A stretch of 64,000 nt of DNA. It comes from Channa argus (lineage: Eukaryota). Each line of letters opens with the position of its first letter. Within the stretch, counting starts at the first letter, position 1. Positions 25,249 to 38,551 of this stretch are shown piece after piece. Below the pieces are notes generated by a model. It did no database searches. It saw nothing but the letters and a program-made list of their open reading frames with translations, and was not told the origin of the DNA. Location: positions 20,255,376 to 20,319,375 of the forward strand of contig NC_090210.1 of the NCBI RefSeq assembly GCF_033026475.1. The letters are read 5' to 3'. Made by a program: the position numbers and the translations under genes.

Positions 25249-26130
25249 TCAAGCATTGACAAACACCAGGCGTGTGGAGTAGATCAGGTCAGCCAGGTAG
25301 AGGATGAAGTTGACAGCACTGAGCACAGCCACTGTCATGCACTTGTCCCACGGACACAGCCCGTATGAGCTGCTGCACACGTATGGCCTATCTTTTGTTC
25401 CACCGTGCTTGGGGTCAAAGTTGAAGATGGGCCAGATGATGGCAGCTGACAGATAGAGGGCCACAGCCAGCAGGGCATAGGCAGACAGGAAGCGGGCAAA
25501 TGAGAAGGGGAGGCAGCCGGTGCATTCGCCTATGCACAGCAGGATGATGGCAGCCGACAGGATGAAGCAGATGCAGTAGACGGCCATGCAGTACTTGAGT
25601 GCATCGTGACGGTCGTACAGCACAGGGTCGCTGATAAACACAAAGATGATGCAGGCCACGAAGGTCTCACATACTTTCATCAGGCCAGGGGCTGTGGCCA
25701 TGTAACCAGCCACCTCGCCTGGACGCGCCTTGCTGATGCTCACTTCACTTATGTAGGCAATGGTGGCCAGGCAGGAGAAGACGGTTGACACAATGCGGTA
25801 GTCGCGTACGTCACTCTGGCCTGTGGATCCCTTGAGGAAGTAGAGAGGGAAGATGATGGAGGCAGACAGGCAGAGTAAGGCAGCGTAGCAGGCAAAGGTG
25901 ATTGGGAAGTTCTTCCAGGAGACAGGAGCTCTGGTCTGAAGGCCAAACAGCTCCACCAGGATGACAAGCAGCGTCCCTCCAAAGCTAAAGGCCCAGCAGA
26001 AGATGCACCAGTCTCCCGTGCCGTGAAGGACTCTGGCACCATGCACTGCCACGGACAACGCCACACAGGAGAAGACCATGGCTGCCAACCGTGTCCATAG
26101 GAGAGGGCTTGAGTGGAGGACTATAGCCAT
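25249..26130 (-). CDS. myadm: MYADM-like protein (myeloid-associated differentiation marker family, MARVEL-domain tetraspan repeats), intronless 293-aa ORF
   Basis: ORF 25249..26130 on the - strand. Collinear with human MYADM: [24 protein letters not shown] matches [52 protein letters not shown] matches [28 protein letters not shown]; and the C-terminal [18 protein letters not shown]...LVFV also aligns. Paralogue assignment is not resolved. Confidence 0.85.
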   Translation of the reverse strand: [293 protein letters not shown]

Positions 26131-27399
26131 GATGAGTGGTGTCGTAGATGATGAGAGAAACTGAAAGGGTTCTTGTGAGATATGATTCTTCTCTTTATTT
26201 CACTCCCTCAGAGATAACTGCAAGAAGAAAAACAATAAAAAGAATTTTTAAAAAGAACTACATCTAGATCGAGAAGAACAGGACACAACCAGATGAGGGC
26301 ATCAGCTTGCAAGTCCAGCTCTGCATTCCTACATACTACATTTTCTGGCACAAACAATCCTGTTATTGTACTTTATGAATAGGTGAGGCATGAAATAATA
26401 GACTCCACTGTGGTCACTATGAACGCAGCATTTTTATGTAAACCCAAGTCATCTGGAGAACACTGCTGTCTCTCTTTCTCTGCTTGTTTCTGCCTTCTAT
26501 CTAACTCGAGCCTGCTTTATCAACAGCATTCCTGCGCCGAAAGCAGATTTAAATTTCACTCTGGCATTCCGCAAAGCTCATGCCCTCAGTGACGGGCTTG
26601 GTGCCGTAACCTCCACCCACCCCACAATGCGTCTGTCATCATGTTCTAAACACGGCCTCCTCATTTGTTCCACTCCCACTCCCATCTGCACTCACCAGCA
26701 CTGGAAAATAATCTCTTCCCAAATTCAGGACATCGTTAATAGAAAGTGTCAGGCATTTTTCTGCCAAGATTAAATGAGCTTTTGTTGTTTCATGTTAGAG
26801 AAGTAAAGCACCTGTAGAGATTAGCTGGTTGTTTTACACTTAATAACACTTACTTGTTTAAAGAAAAAAATATTATTGTTCGTTACTAGTGTTATAGATA
26901 AATTCTTCAGATTTAAAACTATGTTGCGAAACTCTGTTGTTTTATTATTATGCTAAAAATAAAACAAAAATCTTCTACTTACATTGACATAAAATAGAGT
27001 AAAACAGCAAATACTTAAATTTTTTGTTTACTTTTTGCTTGATGTTTTAAACAATTAATAGATTGTTAACAACGTTGTCATTAGTTCGGTATGACTGAGC
27101 ACGATAGCTCTAAACTATGCGTTGGTTGTTGGTTGACGCATCAATGTGTGAAATGAGTTCACTCAGCTGAAACCAGTGAAGGGTTTTTCCAGATTAGAGA
27201 AATTACTTAAACTGGAGAGTGTTCTGCATGGAAATCATGACTTTCACAGCGAAAATGACTCCCATTCCGCATGGGTCTGGGCCCGGATTAACAACGACCG
27301 CCACCGGTGCTGTTGACCTACAGGGTACCTGTGGAGATTGGACTACTGTTGGTTGAAGAAGGAGAGGAGGTAGGTGTGTTCGTAGGCAGAGAGAGAAGA

Positions 27400-28600
27400 G
27401 GAAAGCTAAGATGTAGGACTGACAGTAGAGAGTCTGAATGTTGGTTGACATGATGCAGAGAAGGAAGGTAGATATACTGTGTGTCCAGGAGACCAGGTGG
27501 AAAGGTAGCAAGGCTAGAAGCTTAGGAGCAGGGTTCAAGCTGTTCTACCATGGGTCAGATAGGAAAAGAAATGGAGTAGGAGTTATCCTGAAAGAGGAGT
27601 TTGTGAGGAGTATCAGACAGGTTGATGAGTCTGAAGCTGGAAATTGAAGGTGTTATGTTCAATGTTGTGAGTGGTTATGCCCCACAGGTAGGATGTGAGT
27701 GAGAAGAGAAGGAGAAATTCTGGAGTGAGTTAGATGAAGTGATTCAGAACATCCCCAGAGGTGAGAGAGTGGTGATTGGGGCAGATTTCAGTGGACATGT
27801 AGGTGAAGGGAACAGAGGTGAGGAGAATGTGTTGGGCAGGTTTGGTCTTCAGGACAGGAAAGCAGAAGGACAGATGGTGGTAGACTTTGCAAAGAGGATG
27901 GAAATGACTGTAGTGAACACTTTCTTCCAGAAGAGGAAGGAACATAGGGTGACGTATAAGAGTGGAGGTAGAAGCACTCAGGTGGACGACATCTTGTGTA
28001 GACGTAATCTGAAAGAGATCAGTGACTGTAAAGTATTGGTAGGGGAGAGTGTAGCCAGACAACACAGGATGGTGGGGTGTAACATGACTGGTGGTGAGGA
28101 AGATGAAGAGGACAAAATGTTGGAAGTTAAAAAAGGAAGAATGTTGTGTAGGTTTCAGGGAGGTTGGACACTTAAGAGGGACAGGTGGATTTGTACAGGT
28201 TGGCCAGACAGAGAGATAGAGATAGGAACGATCTGCAGCAGGTTAGTGTGATTAAAGATAAGGATGGAAATGTATTGACAGGTGCCAGGAGTGTGACGGG
28301 AAGATGGAAGGAGAACTTTGAAGAGTTGATGAATGAGGAAAATGAAAGGGAAGGAAGAGTAGAAGAGGTGACTGGTGTGCAGCAGGAAGTAGCAAAGATT
28401 GCAGGACTTTGCAGGACTTTAAGTACTTAGAGTCAACGGTTCAGAGCAATGGAGAGTGTGGAAAAGAGGTGAAGAGGCGAGTGCAAGCAGGTTGGAACCG
28501 GAGGAGAAAAGTGTCAGGTGTGTTGTGTGATAAAGGAGCATCAGCGAGAATGAAAGGAAAGATGTTCAAGACGTTTGTACAGTGCAGAAACGCTGTGAGC
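27400..28600 (+). mobile_element. 5'-truncated, internally deleted non-LTR (LINE) ORF2 fragment: AP-endonuclease domain fused to the C-terminal RT tail
   Basis: ORFs 27438..27647 and 27739..28251 encode an EEP/APE domain (DILCVQETRWKGS...). ORF 28409..28636 encodes the LINE RT C-terminus (FKYLESTVQSNGECGKEVKRRVQAGWNRRRKVSGVLCDKGASARMKGKMFKT). The junction at 28396-28415 carries a duplicated gcaggacttt. Confidence 0.75.
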
Positions 28601-28639
28601 ACACGGGCTCCCAATCCTCCCTCCGTCCCTTCCTAACAC

Positions 28640-29330
28640 CCGTCGCCCACTTGGCTCCACGAGCGCCGCGCAGCACATTCCCTGTTTACACAGAGAGACA
28701 GTTATAAACAAGTTGAAAAGGCCTGTTTACATTAGTCCCATTAAACACGTATGAAAGAGTCGAGGCTGACGAGGTGAGAAGCTGAACTGTAGGGCGCGGT
28801 CTGAGGACACCGAAGAGGACAAAAAAAAGAGACAGAAATGGAACAAGACACCCCAAAACCACCTGCAGGGTGAATCACTAAAAGCCAGGAGGGGAGGGGA
28901 GCAAGAGGAGCGAGGAACACGGGGGAAGCCCTGTGCCCCCACCGCAGAACGACACATAGTTTAAACACAGTGATGGAGAGGAATAGCAAAGGAGTGAGTC
29001 ATTATCAACCCCTACTCTTTCACCACTCCTCCTGCTCTCCCCCCCTCCTCCCCTGTTTCTTGTAACATTTTCCAGCTTGCTGATGTGTTCCAGATGTGCT
29101 GCAGTCTGTCTGCTGCTGAACAACTGGTAACTTTGTCATATTTGCCAAGGTCTTTCCTCTCATCACCTCTCCTCTCTTTTCCTTTGCTTCCTTCCCTCCT
29201 AATAGAGTCATTTGGGGGCTACTCCCTCTCTTTTCCATCACTTGTCCTCTTTCTCCCTCCCAGCTCAGTGCTCCCACTCCAGCGTTAAAGTCAGGGTACC
29301 AATTATGCCTCGTGTAAACCACTCAAAATA
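28640..29330. repeat. Low-complexity purine/pyrimidine-skewed region following the LINE fragment
   Basis: GA- or CT-rich runs. Overlapping ORFs on both strands with SPPLL / GGGG composition are artefacts. Confidence 0.5.
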
Positions 29331-29672
29331 AACGTCCTGTACATGGAGGGTCGTAATGGAAAAATCAATCTCGCCACTCCTGCTGCCATGACTTTGCTCG
29401 GTATGGAATCAAGTCAGGAAAGAAAATGGAGAAGAAAATTGCTGAAGAAAGAAGAAAAAAGAAATAACAGAAAGAAGAGTGGGGGGAAAAAAGTGTCTTT
29501 CTACAGCACAGCACGGAAAACACAGCAGGATCATACAAACACGAGTACTTCTCCAAATGGAAGTGGTGCCGAAAATAGGTTGAGACATGCAGCAGGACAG
29601 CAAACAGGATGTTACACCATCTTGCTCCTACACACAGTCACTTTTTGTAGAATCAGCAGGGGAGCATGTTCT

Positions 29673-29685
<13 letters not shown>

Positions 29686-29726
<41 letters not shown>
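29686..29726. repeat. (CA)n microsatellite
   Basis: Direct reading. Confidence 0.95.
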
Positions 29727-29729
<3 letters not shown>

Positions 29730-30422
29730 TGTGACTAGGCTGAAATCAGAAAACAAGTGTTCATCACAGGCAGAGAGGTCATGCACACTGCTTGTTTGGT
29801 TTTCATGACACAAGCTCACTAACTCAATTTCGTCTAGAATTCACTTAGAATAGATTTGTGTATCGAAGCAGAGGACGAGCTCTGCTGGCAAACCATCAGC
29901 TTAAGGTTTATGTAACGTAGGTATATTCTTACTTCATTTTTTTTCCTCTATTCTACATCATTAAATAAAGTGTGTGTTTTCGAAGGCTGAGTCATTTTTT
30001 GACCTTTTATGACAATCCAAGAAATCTCAAATATTCTACTTGTTGGCAAATCTTACCTACTGTATCATCGCAGACAAGCAGTTACTTTATCACAAGAATC
30101 TACGTTTCCTTAGTGAAAAAACAATCATGTTATTGTTAAACCAGACTGATGCAACACATCTACTCCAGGCAGGGGGAAAATTTGACACGGCTCTTCACTT
30201 TGTTAAAGTACAGTCCAGACCTTGCTGGTGAGAATCGAAGTCAGCATCTTAAATATTTTAAATAATAACTGTAATTTTTAATAAATATCAATAATATTTA
30301 AGTGAATCTCAATTTTTAAGAGGCAAAAAGAAAAGAAACCGTTTGACAGCTGTGTTTTAGCGATATAGATTTTCATTCAATGACAGCGAAGGTGGGAGTG
30401 CTGCCTGCCACACCCTGCTCCC

Positions 30423-30423
<1 letters not shown>

Positions 30424-30454
<31 letters not shown>
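30424..30454. repeat. (CA)n microsatellite
   Basis: Direct reading. Confidence 0.95.
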
Positions 30455-32164
30455 ACATAACCACCTTCTACACAAATAATGACCCAAAAACACAAATTTA
30501 AGTGACCATTTTGCTTTAAACTCACCAAAGAGCAAATTAGAAAGACTTTTAATTCCTTTACAAGTTTCACTCCTACTTTCAACTCATTTAGGCTCCTTTC
30601 CAGGCTTGGACTCAGTGATGTGAAAACAAGAGTTTCTTTTTAGCTGTGGGAAAGTGGAAAAGGTACAAACACGGCAGCTGCTGAGAGTATAATATTCTCG
30701 TCATGAAGCATGTAGGTAAGCAAGTTGCAACAGGTTGCATCTGAACAAACTATTTCCTAGGTTTGCATCTACCTCACTAAAGCAGAAAAGCACCACACCA
30801 CCACACAGCATCAATTTTAGCTCAGAGTTAGTTACCATGTGTTCTTGCCTGCTGCTGTTCTCTGGGACATCCAGCGGTAGAGACTCATAGATTGTAGCTC
30901 CTGTGCGCGCTCACTTGCCTTACAAGCAGGTCAGAGAAGCAACTCCCCACCCAGCAAACAAAATCGGGCATCAAATATCTGCAGCATTATTCAAATCTGT
31001 CAGGATTTGCTCCTCCTCCTCCACCTCCTTGAGACTGAGAACACTCCTAACTAGGCTGTATGTGGTGCAGCTGAGGTTTACTCTACATTAAAGTTAGCTT
31101 TCTTGATTAGCTCAGCTCCATTTGGATATGATAACTGACCTTGTAGTTTTGGCTTGTACCAGGAATCACCTGGACTTTTATTACAGATTTATTCTTAAAT
31201 TAGCGCAGTATGTATGACACTTATTTCTGAGCTCCATCATATAAAAGTTGCATGTACTGGGAGAGTTTTGCACCTTACTGTGCAGCTTTTCAGATTATTA
31301 AACGGATTTGCAACAATGAACCATGTTTCATAGAACATTAAGATTGTGAACACTACTCATACATTTGGGTTTTGGTCTGGTGCCCTACCCAATGAGGTTT
31401 AAATAAGTACAGACTATCAATGCGTCAATAATTTGTACTTTTTATTTGTACATTTTAGCCTTTAACCTGTATTCCTTTGACCTGTTTTTTTGTTTTAGAG
31501 TATTAAAGTGTCTGTACGGGTAATTTTATGCATTTTTCCTGAATGGCAGTGCTATGATTTATTAAATATAACTGGTGGTTTTGTGAACATATGGTTTTGT
31601 GAACATATTGTTATTTAATGTATGAAATCACTGTGGCTTAAAACATCGTAAGAAAAGCAACGCTTTTATAAATATGTCAGAGAATTATTTGACAAAAAGT
31701 GAACTCATTTTGTCAGGAAACCCCACCAGCACGTATTAATAATGAAAAGATCTTCATTTGTAGTTACTATAAACATCTCTCCACCACTATCGACACGGGC
31801 CAGATGAGTCAAATATTTGTCAGTGCTATATCTGAATTACAGGGGATGTTTGTGTGTGGTGCTTAGCAACAGCCACAGTAACCCCTAGCAACCACAACTG
31901 TTTACAAAGAAACGTAAAGGACACATTTCCTTGTCACTGAAGAAGTAACAAAAACAAAAAACAAAGCAAAGAAAGAAAAAAGAAAAGAAATACTTTCACA
32001 TGTACATTCTTGCAAGAGTTGCTTAAATTATCCACATTTCATTTCCTCACTGGAAGGCAGTGGTGTTACAGACGGGCAAACTGTTTTTTTCTCAGCACAT
32101 GACTGATAAAAAAAAATTTTTTAAAACTTATTTAAAATGTACCGAATGTTCAAATACAATTTTT

Positions 32165-32345
32165 TTTTTTTTTTTTTTTGGTCCTTTCCGTTTATCCTGT
32201 GAGTTCAGGGTCGCAGCAGCGGATCGTTGTCCGCATGTTGATTTGGCACAGTTTTTACGCAGGATGACCCTCCTAACGCAACCCTCCCCAATTTGTACTG
32301 GGCTTGGACCAGCACTGCACAGCTGGGGAGGGGAATGGGCTGTTA
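32165..32345. mobile_element. Interspersed repeat fragment (SINE-like) after a T18 run
   Basis: The stretch ttacgcaggatgaccctcctaacgcaaccctccccaatttgtactgggcttggaccagcactg resembles a widespread teleost repeat core. The family was not identified. Confidence 0.3.
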
Positions 32346-34346
32346 GGGGTTCAGTCGACAAAGAAGTGATTATTTTCCATTATTAAAAAGCTGGTTTATT
32401 CTTCAGTGTTGCAAACAGGGAAAATGAGAAAAAGGAAATACCAACATGTTTTTTTTTTTATTAAGGTGCTGGGCTACCACATGCTGCCAGAACTGCTCCA
32501 GTGCACCTTGGCTCTCTGGAACTCTACTGGAGGGATGGCACAGCACATTTCCAAAACACATTTTCTCACTTGGTGTTTTAGTGCTGGACAGTGCTAATCC
32601 TCCAAAGTACTTCATAATGTGGGTATTCGATTGATGTTGAGGTGACGGTGAAGAGCGCAGCATGTGAGTCAAACCATTTTTTAATAAAACATTTAACAAC
32701 CATCCCAGTGGCCTTAGGGATGAGGGCATTGTCATTCAATCACGATAGAATGGAATGAATCAATGGATAGAATCACTCAGAACAACTTTGTGCTGTTTTG
32801 CATTGACCCTTCTCTCTAACTCGATTAGTTGCTTTTCCTTTTCATCTGGCACCTGGGCCCTTAAATTATCTAAGAGGGATGTTGGTTAGGCTCTGTCACA
32901 GTATAAAGCCCGCAGATGGCGCTGTTGACTTGCGTTTTACTGGAAAATGTGATAGACTGATAAAGTCATACAGGAAAAAAGCAAAAGTTTGGATGATAAT
33001 AAGCAACTGAATTCCAAAAGTTTATACTTGCTTAAGGGAATCCTGCAGAATTGCAGCGTCCACGTGGGCTTCGCTCTCAAAATGATAGAACACTTTGTCA
33101 TAAGGGCAAGATGACTCTGTTGGAGCAGAGTTCTTGTGCAATGTGAATTCCATGTTGCACTTGTCAGCAGATGCAGCTCTTTGTGGCTCTTTCAGATTTG
33201 AAGCATAGCTGCACAAAATGTGAAGGATGGTTTGGTGAGGAAGCATAATGTCAGCAAGTGGCAAACGGGAGGAGCAGAAACATAAACGGCGCAAAGGTCT
33301 GAAGGACACGAAGCGCCAAGTATCGACCATTTCTCAGAAATTAATGAAGCACACAACAGTTTCCAAGATCCCCCCTTTTTGATTTCTTTGGAGGTGCTTT
33401 GTTTTACGGCCTTTGTATTTATGTTCAGTCAACTATTTTAAATGAATCATTGCTTAAATGAAAGTACAGAAATGAGTGAAACAGAAACACCTGTCATCCC
33501 TTATCTGACTTCAAATGCAACGACACATTTCATTTCACTATGAGTCATCATTAAGATATTTTTAGATTTTGAAGATGTGCAAATCAAATTCATCTTAGAT
33601 TACTGTCGTGTTTACTTTGTAATTTAAAAAATATTTGTAATTTTCAAAAGCATTTGATGTCTATTACTACCATGAATACTGCATATGAGGGTTTTGTAAA
33701 TTTTTTTAGGTAAAATGAGAATTAGCCGGACATAGTTCTCCGGACTCCACCCAATGTGGCTGAAAATATTGAACTTCTAACACCACTATATTACTAGTTA
33801 CCCATATTTTACAATATTTGCTATAGCACTTTTGAGGGTTTGTAAAATCTGAAAAAGACATGTACATTCACATTATCAACAGCATCAAATTTTCCTTGCG
33901 GAGTACTTGTACATTGGTACTTTACGTTTTAAAGCACGTACCGCTGTAATTTAACTTGAGCAAATATCTTTTTTCAAGAGTTTATATAATCCTGAAATTG
34001 TTTCCCAAAGTTCCTCTTTTATTGTCACAACGTCCATTTGGTTGCTATGGTACGTCACCGTGATGCAATGCAAACATAAATTGTTTATCTCATAACTCCC
34101 CAGCGAGTTTGACAGCGGCGCTTGAGTGTACTGGTGTACATCTGTAAACTACCTATGAAAAAGTACTACAGGAGACAGAACTAAAGACAAGTGCAGATAA
34201 TTGCTTTTAATTCAACATGGAGCAACCTGGGAATAAATACTTGAATTGCTTTACAAGTTTGTAGAGAGATTATGCTTCAAATTATTAGCACTGTTAAAAA
34301 AAATAGCTGAAATACAATCAATAAGCTTAATCCAAAATGCGTTTGT

Positions 34347-34348
<2 letters not shown>

Positions 34349-34426
<78 letters not shown>

Positions 34427-34437
34427 AAAATCTCAAC
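34349..34437. repeat. (TA)n microsatellite, about 44 units
   Basis: Direct reading. Confidence 0.95.
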
Positions 34438-34950
34438 ATGACAGCCCTTTACAGACATGGGATACAACACAATGCTGAGTAAATCAAGGCTTTCTTTCGA
34501 TCAGATCAAGGTTGTCATTTCAAAAATGTCATTTCTTTCTTAGTGAGCTGAGCTTCTGAATAATGATTGTGATTGGTTGCAGCTTTCTTTACCAACTTCC
34601 TAGACTGCTGTGATTGTAGGACCACTGCAACAACACCTTACATCTACATCTTTTGCCAATCCACTACCATAACATAGAGATGTGCCATGATGACAGTTAA
34701 ACATAAGTGTTGGTAGGTTCAATCTGGTATGATTGCCATCAAGCATTTTATCAAAAGCTGACAATGGGTAGTCTTTCAGACATTAAGTGAATGTTAGGGG
34801 TCTTTAGCACAATAAAATGGAGAACATTTTTGAAAGGGGTTTGAGGATAATGTGCTACAGTTTCGGGTTGAGATGGACCTTTGAGACCAACCATAGTAAG
34901 GATTAAAAAACAGAAACAAAAACAGTTTGTGAATTTATTTTTCACAAGTT

Positions 34951-36060
34951 GAGGAAAATGGCCAACACACCGAGTCCACATGTTTTCTATGGTACTTCAT
35001 ATTTTCTTCGCCTAATATTGTATTGGTCCCCCTCGTTCAGCCAAAACAGCTCTGACCCGTTGAGGCATGGACTCCACAAAACCTCTGAATGTGTCCTCTG
35101 GTATCTGACACCAAGATGTAAGCAGCATATCCCTAAAGTCCTGTAAGTTTTGAGGTGGAGCCTCCGAGGATTGGGCTTGTTTTTCCAGAAAATCCCACAG
35201 ATGCTCGATGGGGTTGAGATCGGGAGACTTTGGAGGCCAAGGCAGCACCTGAAACTCTTGGTCATGTTCCTCAAACCATTCTTGAACAACTTTTGCACTG
35301 TGGCACGGAGCATTATCCTGCTGAAAGAGGCCACTCCTGTCAGAGAATACTGCCGTCATGAAGGGGTGCACATGGTCCGCAACGATGTTCAGGTAGGTGG
35401 TACCTGTCAAATTAACATCCACATGAACGCAAACACCCAGTGTTTCCCAGCAGAATATTGCCCACAGCGTCACACTGCCTCTGCTGCCTTGACTTCTTTC
35501 CATAGTACATTCTTGTGCCATTTCTTCCCCAGGTAGGCGAAGCACATGCACCCGGCCGTCTACGTGATGCAACAGAAATCGGGATTCGCCAGACCAGGCC
35601 ACCTTCTTCCACTGCTCAATGGTCCAGTTTTGACGCTCACGTGCCCAGTGTAAACGTTCTTGGCGGTGGACGGGGGTCAGGATGCTGCAAAGCAGCATGT
35701 TTTCAGATTGCTGTTCATCAAATGCAGCATCTAAATTGTCAGCAATTTGCTTTGTAGTAGCTTTTCTGTGCGATCGCCCACTTTTGGCGACCTTTTTCTC
35801 GGCTCGTGCAGGAATGACTTCCGGGCGACCATGACCCTGCTGCCGGTTCAGTGGTTGTCCATCCTTGGACCACTTTTTGTAGATACTGACCACTGCAGAC
35901 TGAGAACACCCCACAAGTTCTGCTGTTTGTGAGATGCTCTGACCCAGTTGTCTTGCCATCACAATCTGGCCTTTGTCAAAGTCACTAAGGTCCTCACTGT
36001 CCTCCATTTTTCCTGCTTCCAGCACTTTCCTATTACCTGGAAAAGAAAGTAGGTTCAATT
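34951..36060 (-). mobile_element. Tc1-like DNA transposon copy A (3' end and complete transposase ORF present; 5' TIR not identifiable)
   Basis: 98-99% nucleotide identity to copy B over 34951-36058 versus 38552-39653. The similarity ends right at the transposase ATG. Confidence 0.8.
35012..36058 (-). CDS. Tc1/mariner-family transposase, intact 348-codon ORF (DDE: WSGESRF...FQQDNAPCH...NPIEHLWD)
   Basis: ORF 35012..36058 on the - strand, open reading frame with no internal stops. Carries the HTH N-terminal region ([27 protein letters not shown]) and the DD(34)E catalytic motifs typical of Tc1-like transposases. Confidence 0.85.
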   Translation of the reverse strand: MNLLSFPGNRKVLEAGKMEDSEDLSDFDKGQIVMARQLGQSISQTAELVGCSQSAVVSIYKKWSKDGQPLNRQQGHGRPEVIPARAEKKVAKSGRSHRKATTKQIADNLDAAFDEQQSENMLLCSILTPVHRQERLHWARERQNWTIEQWKKVAWSGESRFLLHHVDGRVHVLRLPGEEMAQECTMERSQGSRGSVTLWAIFCWETLGVCVHVDVNLTGTTYLNIVADHVHPFMTAVFSDRSGLFQQDNAPCHSAKVVQEWFEEHDQEFQVLPWPPKSPDLNPIEHLWDFLEKQAQSSEAPPQNLQDFRDMLLTSWCQIPEDTFRGFVESMPQRVRAVLAERGGPIQY

Positions 36061-38551
36061 TGTAAACAATTTCAGAGGGTTGTTAGATTTAACTTTCCGT
36101 TCACATTTGAGGTTATGGTGTGAGTAACATGCGTCACTGAATCGACCAAAGACTGATACTAAACTCACCTTATAAAAACATATGCAGACCAGACTGTAGA
36201 GACCTAAAAGAAAAAAAGGCAGCTTAGTATCAACTTGCCATTCGATCAACATCCTCACTACAATCTGTGTTGTCAAACCCATCAGTGCAGTGAAAGAATT
36301 ATCATGAGGTTCAGGTGAAACACAGACTTAAATGCAACTCATCACTAAGGTTTGACTCAATTTAGTTTTTCTAGCTAAAATGTAGCAAAGAGCAAAATCC
36401 GGAATCTTCCCATTTGAAACGTGGACTAAGTAAAGGCAGAAAAACAAACATACCGAAGTAGGACACCTCAAAACGGTTTTAGGTACAATAAAGTATCATA
36501 AAATACCTTACAGAGTACATTAACTACATATTGTTACCCACTGAAAATAAACATAAAATTCAACACACCTTAAATTTTCATTAAGTTCGTTTTAAGTCAG
36601 TGTAATTCGGCTGAATTCTCTTCTGTCTCACGGATCTAATTTTTCCATGTTACTGATAATTTGTCGAATAACGCCTCTTCAGTACAAACCACGTGGGTGC
36701 AGCCACTGGAGCAGCGAGCTAACAAGCATCATCTGAGGGGAAACAAGCACAACAAGCAGCCGCACACAGACACACACACACTGCGACATCAGCAACACAA
36801 TCCGATCCCACACACAAACACAGATCACACTGAGGCCGAACATGTACAGGTTTCTTGTCTTTCTGCAGAAACCGTCCGTCCTCCATCACCAAAATAACGA
36901 AGAGACACTGGCGCTTATTCTTCTTCTTCGTTTTTTTTTTTTTAGTTTGTTTTTGTGGCTGGTGGTCAACAGCATTTTTTGGCAAACACCGCCACCTTCT
37001 GTTCGGATTGTGTACCAGAGGTTTAGCCCTGTGTGGCGTAAATAAGAGAGAGATGTCTAATCTGCTTGACGTCCTCACAATTGTCTTTAAAATACAACTC
37101 CTGGGACTCAGCCCCGCTAAGTCCTTCTTCATATGCTGTTTTTCCATTTCATAATTACATGTTAATCACTCAACTCAACATCACTCAAACAATCCAGTTG
37201 GTTGGTTCCCTCTTGTCTGACTGTACTGTAAAGGTAGAATGGTGCAGTCTAAAAGTATCTTCCTCTTCCCTTAACCTAACTATGTTTCTACATATCAGAC
37301 TATTAAACTACAAAGGAACTTCCTCAACATTACCAAATGCAAATTTTTTTATTTCTGCAATACAAAATAAAATAGTGACACAAAGGTTCCCAAGACCAAA
37401 CCAACAATCAAAAAGAATCTGGTCCAAAACAGCACAGAAAGTGGAGAAGAACGTGTAAAACAGTGATGGAGAAGAATAGCACGAGAAAGAAACACCACCA
37501 AATGGCTTTTATTCATCTTTCTAAGGCCACTGTGACTGAAAAAGACAATTCAGCTGAGAGAATTTCCTTCAAAATGTAAGAACTAAGAACAGCTGCTGAA
37601 TGTAATATTCATCCTATGAGGTGTGCAGAGAAGCAAAACAGATAATCAATTTTACTTGCACAGGCCACATTCCCCGTTTTATGCCAGCTATCATGTGTGT
37701 TTGTCTGCTGCACTTCTCTGTGACATCACAAGCAGGGAATTGCTAATTGCCTCCCTAGCAGCTCAGAGGAGCAACTCCCCGCCCCAGCAAACTAAATCAG
37801 GCATCAAATGTGTGCAGCGTTGCTCACATTTGTAGGAATTTTCTCTTCCTCCCTGGTGCAGCTGAGGTTTATACCTCAATAAAGTAAGATTTGTGAATTT
37901 CCTCAGATCTGCTCCAACAAAGAAATTCTGCCAACATTTGCAAAATGAGTGTGTGTAGGGCGAGAGCATTAACACACTCTACTACTGTATGGATCCCCTT
38001 CCACACATTATATTATTAGACATTTTACATGGCTGACTGCTTTGTAGGAAGTAGGCAAAACAATCAAATTGAAAGTTATGTTTTTATGAACATATCCCTG
38101 TTTGTGGATATAGTTGAATATTTTATAGAACACCTGAGATCATTGCATGGATATTGAGAATTAAGTTGCCTCGCTCTTCATTTATGGACTTTCATGGAAA
38201 TTTTCATATGGAAATATGCTGTTTCAATGAAAAAAAAATGTAAAAAACATAACTTAAAATACAGAACTACACGACCCTTTGCATGCACTACCTTCACATC
38301 AGTTGCTCGCAATGTTTGACGACCTGAAGAACAGCAAAGAAGTCTGGAGGCAATAACCATGTCTTTTCATATTGATGGTCTGAGACTTGAACGCATGAGT
38401 CCTGTTCTTTTCTGTCCACCTTACAGGGGTCTAGATAATGTGCTACAGTTTCAGATTAAGATGGATGTTTAATAAAAAAAAATAAATACATATATAAAAT
38501 ACATTTGATAAATAAATAAATATAAAATAAAACAAATGTAAAACACAAAAA

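Noticed and set aside
28640-29740. Serine/proline/glycine-rich ORFs on both strands
   Set aside because: Low-complexity purine/pyrimidine tracts plus the (CA)n at 29686-29726; not coding.
33022-33330. 102-aa ORF on the - strand (MVDTWRFVSFRPLRRLCFCSS...)
   Set aside because: No recognisable domain, no splice or homology support, ordinary composition; likely chance.
36600-37150. ORFs 36661..36897 and 42648..42830 (MSNNASSVQTTWVQPLEQRANKHHLRGNKHNKQPHTDTH...) present in both duplicated blocks
   Set aside because: Their conservation is explained by the segmental duplication itself. The composition is low-complexity (H/T/Q-rich from CA-rich DNA) and the frames are broken differently in the two copies.
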